Shown: piece by piece, positions 57,511-64,000 of the stretch
Layout: the number at the start of each line of letters is the position of its first letter
How positions within the stretch are numbered: the stretch's first letter is position 1
Assembly (NCBI GenBank): GCA_036507075.1
Contig: DASXQR010000088.1
Coordinates: 19,784 to 83,783 of the forward strand
DNA from: Acidobacteriota bacterium
GTDB taxonomy: Bacteria; Acidobacteriota; UBA6911; JACQSX01
Direction: 5' to 3'
Length of the DNA: 64,000 nucleotides
The notes under the pieces: generated by a model
Seen by the model: only the letters and a program-made list of their open reading frames with translations
Databases searched by the model: none
What the model was told of the DNA's origin: nothing
Program-made: the position numbers and the translations under genes

Positions 57511-60435
57511 ATGCCTTTACGTTCCTTTGCGCGCAGACTGTCCACGGGTCTGCAGGTGTTCGGCCTCTTTGCCGCTACGGCGACGGCTGCCGATTCGGGA
57601 TGGATTCTGGTCGGATCGGGTCCCGCCGAAAAAGACCGCGCTGAAGTGCGCGCCTACAAACCGGACAAGACGCTGGCACTGCAGCTCTTCCCCTTTGACG
57701 ATTTCAAGAAGCCTCCCGCCATGGAAATTGCCGCCGGCGACGTCAACGGCGACGGCCGGCCCGAGCTGATCCTTGCGGGCGGCAGGCAGGACAAAAACGC
57801 GGCCGTAGTCCGGGCTTTTGACTTGAAGAAGGCCGGCATCTGGGAATTGCAGCCCTACGCGGACCTGAAAAAGGACGACGATCAGATCGCCGTTGCCGCC
57901 GGTGATCTGGACGGCGACGGCACAGACGAGCTGATCGTGGGCGAGGCATCCGACTCCAATGGCCCCAACCGGCTGCGCGTCTTCCGTTTTCAGGACGGAA
58001 GCCTCCGGCAGGCCGCCGAATTCCTGATTGCCGATCTGAAAAACATCGCCGTCGCTGCCGGCGACCTGGACGGCGACGGCAGGGCCGAAGTCCTGGTGGC
58101 CAACCTGAAAGCCGCCGGCAAAGGCGCCGACATCCGCGTGCTGCGGGCGCAGACCGAAGGCGGCTGGAAGCTGATCCAGAGCGCCTCATTCAACCCCGGC
58201 CCGGCAAAACAGGGATTCCGCATCGCGGCGGGCGACATCAACGGCGACAAAAAAGACGAAATCCTGCTGGCCTTCGAGCCAACGGGCAAGGACGATCCGT
58301 CATGCCTGGCGCTGGACGGCAGCGGAAAACTGCTACTTGCCCTGGCCGCTCCTTTCAAACACAAGAATCACCTGCGCGTCTCCGCCGTCGATCTGAATGC
58401 CGACGGCAAAGAGGAAATCCTGCTGGCCCACGTCAAGCCCGAGGGCGAAAGCGAACCCGACGACGAATCCGGTCTGGTCCGCGTGTATTCGGGCGACGGC
58501 AAGCCCTTCGGCTTTGAAGTCGGCACTTCCTTCCGGAGGGAAATCAACGTCGCCGGCCTGGGCTTTGACATCACGCCGCCCGTTCTGACGTTTTCCGAGC
58601 CGCTCAACGGCGACATCGTCCCCGCCTCGCCTCTAAAGATCAAAGGCAACGCCAGCGAGCCGCTCAAGTTCGTCCGCCTGGAAGGGGAGCCGCCGGCATC
58701 TCCGACTCCTGTGCAGGCGCTTCTTTCATCCCGAAAAGATTTCGAAGGCAATCTCCCCATCCCGAAAGCCGTCAGCCACTACAAAGTAATCGCCCAAGAC
58801 CGCTCCGGAAACGAAACCGTGGTACGGCGATCGGTGATTTACGAGGAACCGGGGCCGTTGACGGTGAAGATTACCTCGCCAGTAGCAGGAGCCGTGTTGA
58901 ATTTTGCGTCGGTCACCGTTCGAGGAATCGTAAACAAGCCCACTTCGATTGTAATCTTGAATGGAACCCGCGCCTTTCCAAATATGGATGGAAGCTTTTA
59001 TGTTCCTGCAGTTCCTGTCCAAGTAGGTGGAAACCTCATCTACGCAGTCGCCCGGGATTTTTACGGCAATAAGAGTGAAGATTTCTTAACCTTTAGCGCC
59101 GACGCGAATCTAACCTCAAATGTTCAGATAATCCCCTCGATCACCGTCGGCCAGGCACCATTAACCGTAAGTTTTCAAATCCAGATAAATCCGTCTGTAA
59201 AAGCTCTGAAGATCTTGTGGAGTCGAACAGGTGCTCCGGCGCAATCGACTCTGATGGAGTCTGTAAGTGGACTTCAGGAAACATACACTGAGCCCGGTTT
59301 CTACCGACCCATACTTCAAATACAAGATCAAAAGGGCGAAATCCATGCCAGCAGCATTTTTTTGAGTGTGCAAGATACCTATTTAGAGAGCCAGATCCTG
59401 AATACATTCGGCGCTGCAATGCGGAAGGACAGGCAAGGTCGGATCTGGGTCTTGGATTCACAAGGCACTTTTGTAGTCTGGGATCCGACAACAAGATCAA
59501 GCAAAACGATTAGGATTGCAAGTCCAAATGGCACGATTACTGGAGGAACAGCACTGGCGATTGATGAGAACGGGACTGTTTACGTGGTCGATTCGAAACA
59601 GAAAAAGATTCACGCATTCAATTCCGATGGAGTCTGGCAGAAGACTTTTGGGAACGACAAAATTACGGAACCCTCTGCGATCGCCGCTGGGGACTGCTCT
59701 CTAGATTGTAGAGTTTTTGTTGCCGATTCGAGCAGAAACTTGATCGTAGTTTTTGACAGCTCCGGTAAGTACATTGAAGAAATCGGGAGTATCGGTGACG
59801 CTACTCTCGTTAGTTTGAGTTCCCGATCTGTCAATTACACCGTTAAGACACTAGACTTTCCTCGTGCACTCCGCTCGCAGTTTGGTCTCCTCTTCATCAT
59901 GGATCGCTCTCACACTTACATGACTCTCGGCGGACATATGTCGGCTCCTTTTGTTTCAGTTCCAGCTCTTGATGTGGCTTTGCTACCAAAGCGCAGACAA
60001 TCTGCGTTACTCCTTCCCAACGGTCGCGAAATTAAAATAGTAGATGATAGAACTTTGGCCGACGTTGCACGCATAGGTCTTCATCATACGGCCCAATCTA
60101 TAGAAGCGGCTGATGAAGGCGATCGCCTTTGGTATACAGGCCCTGAGAATACGTTTGAAGTCGCGTTCAAAGGGGAGGACCCTCGGTCAGCCGTTGAGAG
60201 ATTCCTGAAAAGCTGGCAAGAAGGTGACCTCCAAGCGGCGGCGGAACTCATATCTGTCCATGGTTATCATCGGGTTTATCCGGTACTGCTTAGCCCGATT
60301 AAAGTCTTTAGAATGGAAACTGGCTTCGACATGAATGGTGACACTGTAAGTATTCGGGTTGTCATAGACGGAGAGCCGCGGGTGATCAGTATTTCCAAGG
60401 ATGAGGCGAATCACTGGAGCATTTATGATTTATGA
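57511..60435 (+). CDS. Secreted multidomain protein: FG-GAP-like repeats, Ig-like and PKD-like domains, NHL-like propeller, small C-terminal domain
   Basis: Five GDxxGDGxxE-type motifs; DITPPVL..P..G and ITSPV.GA Ig-like units; GQAPLTVSF..YTEPG.Y (PKD-like); LAIDENGTVYVVDS and VFVADS (NHL-like). Confidence 0.75.
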   Translation: MPLRSFARRLSTGLQVFGLFAATATAADSGWILVGSGPAEKDRAEVRAYKPDKTLALQLFPFDDFKKPPAMEIAAGDVNGDGRPELILAGGRQDKNAAVVRAFDLKKAGIWELQPYADLKKDDDQIAVAAGDLDGDGTDELIVGEASDSNGPNRLRVFRFQDGSLRQAAEFLIADLKNIAVAAGDLDGDGRAEVLVANLKAAGKGADIRVLRAQTEGGWKLIQSASFNPGPAKQGFRIAAGDINGDKKDEILLAFEPTGKDDPSCLALDGSGKLLLALAAPFKHKNHLRVSAVDLNADGKEEILLAHVKPEGESEPDDESGLVRVYSGDGKPFGFEVGTSFRREINVAGLGFDITPPVLTFSEPLNGDIVPASPLKIKGNASEPLKFVRLEGEPPASPTPVQALLSSRKDFEGNLPIPKAVSHYKVIAQDRSGNETVVRRSVIYEEPGPLTVKITSPVAGAVLNFASVTVRGIVNKPTSIVILNGTRAFPNMDGSFYVPAVPVQVGGNLIYAVARDFYGNKSEDFLTFSADANLTSNVQIIPSITVGQAPLTVSFQIQINPSVKALKILWSRTGAPAQSTLMESVSGLQETYTEPGFYRPILQIQDQKGEIHASSIFLSVQDTYLESQILNTFGAAMRKDRQGRIWVLDSQGTFVVWDPTTRSSKTIRIASPNGTITGGTALAIDENGTVYVVDSKQKKIHAFNSDGVWQKTFGNDKITEPSAIAAGDCSLDCRVFVADSSRNLIVVFDSSGKYIEEIGSIGDATLVSLSSRSVNYTVKTLDFPRALRSQFGLLFIMDRSHTYMTLGGHMSAPFVSVPALDVALLPKRRQSALLLPNGREIKIVDDRTLADVARIGLHHTAQSIEAADEGDRLWYTGPENTFEVAFKGEDPRSAVERFLKSWQEGDLQAAAELISVHGYHRVYPVLLSPIKVFRMETGFDMNGDTVSIRVVIDGEPRVISISKDEANHWSIYDL

Positions 60436-60476
60436 AGCTGGCGCTGATGTCTTAATTCAACGAACTTAATCTGAGT

Positions 60477-60866
60477 ATGATTCTCTTTAGCTATACGGCC
60501 GCCCTGATAGTTCTCACGGTCTTTTGTATTCTGCCGAGCATGGTTTTATGGGCATTGTTGCGCATAAAACGAGATCTCTTAAGTGCTGTGAAGCTGATCT
60601 CTGGAGTGACTGCTTTGTTTGTGCTCGAGTATTTCTTTGGCCTCTGGCTAATCGCCCGCCTCATAGATCCCTATGTCGCAGTATTTGCTTCGCAGAACAT
60701 TAACCTATTCACTTGCCTCTGGCTCGCTTCGTGGATGTTAAACGCTCCCGCAAAAGTCAGACGCTATTGGGTGATATTTTGGTTCCTTATCCTACTGATT
60801 CCCGGTGGCTACTGGACTTTTACTTCAATTAACGACTTTGCTGGCCGTTTTCAAACGTACAGGTGA
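60477..60866 (+). CDS. Small four-helix membrane protein
   Basis: 129 aa, almost entirely hydrophobic, lower GC than the window. Confidence 0.7.
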   Translation: MILFSYTAALIVLTVFCILPSMVLWALLRIKRDLLSAVKLISGVTALFVLEYFFGLWLIARLIDPYVAVFASQNINLFTCLWLASWMLNAPAKVRRYWVIFWFLILLIPGGYWTFTSINDFAGRFQTYR

Positions 60867-63800
60867 TCGGCATACCGGTTTTGGGCTCGTTGTCGAGTGC
60901 GAAGAGGAAGGCCGTCTGGAGGTGTAGGGCCTCCGCATGCTTCATTCTCCTTCTGCTTGGAGCGGGAAATTCACTTGTGGCCTGGGACCAACTTCACGGG
61001 CACAAACAAATGAGTTCCTATTGTGTGCGTATTTCCAACTTTTTTAGGATAAGGCTGGAAGCATGGGGTGTAGGTGAACGAGGATTTGCTGAAGCCATAG
61101 TCTCAGGATCAGTGGCGGAGGATGAGGCGCCAAGATTTTTAAATCATTTTCACAATCCTCTCCAATCTGAGGAGGCCGCTGGTTCCATCGGAAACTCCGC
61201 TCTTCGTTGGGCTAGGGGAGATATTCCCAGCAACCAGTGGTCTTACAAGGTCAGTAAAGAGTACTTATATGATGGATTGACCAATTTCTCTGCTAGTAAA
61301 AGAAATCTGGCGCTGCAGAAAACGTTCCGAGGCATTGGGCAGGTTATTCATCTAATCCAGGACTTAGCGCAACCAGAACACTCCAGGAACGACTTGCATC
61401 CACTATCAGGCGGATCCTTCAGTTTCTTCGGCTTCGGCATTCCACCGGATCCGCTGGAATTTGATCATTGGTTGGCTACGAATGTCTCTCTCATAGACGA
61501 ATTTGGTGCTTCAGTCACGCAGCCGAAGAAGTTCAAGAAAAAGTCAATCTCAATCTTCTTTGATAGTAGGCAATATTTTAGCGGATCGATCGTGGACCCC
61601 GCGGAAGCTGGAGCGTCAGAAATTTCGAACAGCAACTGTCTCACGCTGGACAGTTACCCTTATTCGATTACTCGAAATGGATTGGTTCTCGGGCGCAGAT
61701 TGCGACGGATAGATAAGAAAGACACCTTTCCACATCCCGCATTGGCGGACTCGAACGAGCCTGACCTAATGAACCGAAATCCCAGTTATCGAGCTTGGGA
61801 TGAGAGCGACTCGAAATTAGACAGCTACGTGGAGATTGTTAGGACTTCTGATAGAGGGAAAGTGGCTCGTGTACGCTACTACCCCAGTCTGACTGACAAT
61901 GCATCTGTACAGGATAAGCTGAACGGAAAATCTGTACTTCCTTGGACGTTAAGCGAGGCAGTTAATCGAGAATACGCAAAAGTCCTGATCCCCCTCGCCA
62001 TCTCCTATGGCGCCGGAGTCCTTGACTTCTTCCTTCGGGGCTCCCTTGACCTGGACGTCCTGGAATGCGGTGAGGACGGTTTTCTGGTGTTTCGCAATAC
62101 TTCGGATGAATCTCTGAACGGCAAATTTCAGCTCTTCTACGACGACGAGCAGGAGAACAGGACAGAGATTGGAGTTCAGGAGGGCTCGCGGTTTGGCGCC
62201 TACGTGCTCGGGCCCAGTGTCGACAGCCAGATCTTTCGCTTCACGGTGCCTGCGCCCTACGACAGCAACAAGAAACAGGGCAGATACATGCTCGTGTTCA
62301 AGGGCCGATTGGGAGAGGAAGACGACTACGTCATGGGTCGTTACGCCAGGGCCACCGAATGCGACTTCGAGCTGGCGGCAACTCCGAGTTATCAAAAGAT
62401 TCTGCGGCGCGGATCCGGAAGCCTTGTTAACAACGTGAAGCTGAAAGCAGTGCTCCCGCCCAAATTCGCAGCGCTGAAAATCGACGAGCTTGTAAAAAAG
62501 AAGAAGGTGCAGTGGGCCCTGTCAGGACCGGACATCGCGCTGTCGGATCAGGAACCGGTAAACCCAAACGCGAATTTCTCCACCGTGAGCCTGAACAGTG
62601 TCGGAATCTACAAGGCTTCTGATTTCCGGCTCACCAACGAAGCCCGGAAGACGGTGGCAAGCAGCGCGACATTCGCCAATATCCAGGTGGTCGACGACGA
62701 CCCCAGGCCTCCCACTTCGCCCAAGCCCAAACCGGTTCCGGGCGACAACACCGTCTATACCTGGACCAACACGCTTTGCACCGAGTGTCCCGACGTCATT
62801 ACCTACGCGCGCCGCGGTATTCCGAAGCTGGGCGCAATCAGCACCGGCAGATTCTCCTCCTGGTGGCCGCTCGGTCCGGGAGGCGGCAACGGTTTGGCTG
62901 AGTTCCGCAGCATGGACTGGACCTCTTTCCTTTCTCCCTATGGTCCGACGCTTTGCGTTCTGGCGCTTTCGGGAACTCTTGCTTTTCAAGGCCAGGATCT
63001 CGAACTTCATATGCAGGTCTTTGCTCCGCCCGGCAACAATCTTGGAAATGTGCGCGTGGTCTTCTCCAGTCCCACAGATCTGAGTGTCACGGGCGTCGGC
63101 ATATCCAAGATGTTCGAAGTGGAAGGAAATCGTTTCGCTGAAATTCCTGTTTCCAGCGCGTTGGAGCCGGCAAAAGACATCGGCTTTCGCGTGCGCGCGC
63201 CCACTACCGGAATCAAGCCCTTCACGCTGGATATTACCGGAGACACCCTTTCTCAAGCGGATCCCTCGCAAAAAGGCGTTTTTGGTCCGATGCAGATCAA
63301 CAGCACCGTGGAAATCTCCAAACCCGAGCTCACCCTTGGCCTCAGCTTCAGCGATGATCTTCTCGACGCCGGCTCGCCGTTTGGTCTGACGACGACTGTC
63401 TTCAACGCGCCGCGTTCCGGAGCCACGGCCTTCAATACAGCCATCGCCGTGCAGGCAGATTCCACGGCGTCACTGGTCGGAAAGTCCACGGCCGCGCTGG
63501 GCAACATCGCTCCCGGCGAAGCGCGCTCCGCCGATTTTCAGTTCATCTCCGGCCGCACCGGAGCGGTACAAGGCGCCACTGCCCGCGCCAGCGCGGGACT
63601 GAACGTGGAAGTCAGCGTTGCGGGGAAAAGAGCATTCCCTCCGATTTATCCGATTCAAGGCTCGGCCGGACTGACCGCCCTGCGCGCGCAGGCGCCCGAT
63701 CTTGCGGCTCGCTCGATGGAGATGCTCGGGATGATTTACGGTGACGGCGTGGGCCGCGGCGACGGCATGGAAAAGTCCACCGTGATTGCCCGCAGCCAGG

Positions 63801-64000
63801 GACTTCACACTGCCGGATACCGCCTGCTTGCCGGTGAGATGCTGCAGGCAGTCCTGCCCGATCTGATTCTCGATCTTGGCATCGGCACAGTCACCCATCC
63901 CGAATACGACTACGCCCGCAGAAACTACCCCGCCGGCAAACTGTGGCGCGACGCGATGAACCAATCCCTTCAATCCGCGTCTTTAGCGCCATCCGCGGCC
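60863..64000 (+). CDS. Partial >1040-aa secreted protein with N-terminal Zn-dependent phospholipase C / P1-nuclease-like domain and Ig-like C-terminal region
   Basis: Manual translation from GTG 60863 finds no stop to the window end. Signal peptide CFILLLLGAGNSLVA is followed by W(60983)DQLHGH, then EDE.PRFLNHFHNP, GQVIHLIQDLAQPEHSRNDLH and YAKVLIPLAISYGAGVLDFFLRG. Confidence 0.8.
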   Translation, partial: MIGIPVLGSLSSAKRKAVWRCRASACFILLLLGAGNSLVAWDQLHGHKQMSSYCVRISNFFRIRLEAWGVGERGFAEAIVSGSVAEDEAPRFLNHFHNPLQSEEAAGSIGNSALRWARGDIPSNQWSYKVSKEYLYDGLTNFSASKRNLALQKTFRGIGQVIHLIQDLAQPEHSRNDLHPLSGGSFSFFGFGIPPDPLEFDHWLATNVSLIDEFGASVTQPKKFKKKSISIFFDSRQYFSGSIVDPAEAGASEISNSNCLTLDSYPYSITRNGLVLGRRLRRIDKKDTFPHPALADSNEPDLMNRNPSYRAWDESDSKLDSYVEIVRTSDRGKVARVRYYPSLTDNASVQDKLNGKSVLPWTLSEAVNREYAKVLIPLAISYGAGVLDFFLRGSLDLDVLECGEDGFLVFRNTSDESLNGKFQLFYDDEQENRTEIGVQEGSRFGAYVLGPSVDSQIFRFTVPAPYDSNKKQGRYMLVFKGRLGEEDDYVMGRYARATECDFELAATPSYQKILRRGSGSLVNNVKLKAVLPPKFAALKIDELVKKKKVQWALSGPDIALSDQEPVNPNANFSTVSLNSVGIYKASDFRLTNEARKTVASSATFANIQVVDDDPRPPTSPKPKPVPGDNTVYTWTNTLCTECPDVITYARRGIPKLGAISTGRFSSWWPLGPGGGNGLAEFRSMDWTSFLSPYGPTLCVLALSGTLAFQGQDLELHMQVFAPPGNNLGNVRVVFSSPTDLSVTGVGISKMFEVEGNRFAEIPVSSALEPAKDIGFRVRAPTTGIKPFTLDITGDTLSQADPSQKGVFGPMQINSTVEISKPELTLGLSFSDDLLDAGSPFGLTTTVFNAPRSGATAFNTAIAVQADSTASLVGKSTAALGNIAPGEARSADFQFISGRTGAVQGATARASAGLNVEVSVAGKRAFPPIYPIQGSAGLTALRAQAPDLAARSMEMLGMIYGDGVGRGDGMEKSTVIARSQGLHTAGYRLLAGEMLQAVLPDLILDLGIGTVTHPEYDYARRNYPAGKLWRDAMNQSLQSASLAPSAA

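Noticed and set aside
61503..63973. Short track ORFs at the right end
   Set aside because: They overlap the single long plus-strand frame from 60863 that runs off the window.
1..64000. tRNA, rRNA, riboswitch, prophage or integron
   Set aside because: None recognised by eye; no integrase or phage genes. A covariance-model scan was not possible.

Overview
High-GC bacterial chromosomal window, most likely Acidobacteriota (inferred from the duplicated orphan ABC permease and acidobacterial-type surface proteins). It carries housekeeping blocks (malate synthase; transaldolase, pccB, biotin carboxylase and BCCP; accD-folC; xseA-xseB-ispA-dxs-tlyA) among secreted hydrolases, a 2040-aa S8 protease with 11 CARDB-like repeats and a DUF4258/MqsA-like toxin-antitoxin pair. 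Five features stand out. (1) Many intergenic gaps hold nested palindromes built from 6-, 7- and 9-nt tandem repeats and REP-like hairpins. These include a small non-coding element with conserved ends and an interchangeable repeat interior, inserted at CACA/CGCA inside 9-mer repeats. (2) A peroxiredoxin-like gene has an in-frame UGA in a UxxC motif followed by a SECIS-like hairpin. (3) A four-helix-bundle gene sits inside the acyl-CoA carboxylase operon. (4) A RAYT transposase is flanked by GTAG REPs. (5) At the right end, a >1000-aa ORF missing from the ORF track starts with a Zn-phospholipase C/P1-nuclease-like domain. It shares a lower-GC module with its two upstream genes, suggesting a swappable toxin-immunity cassette. 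All calls come from reading motifs by eye; no searches were run.
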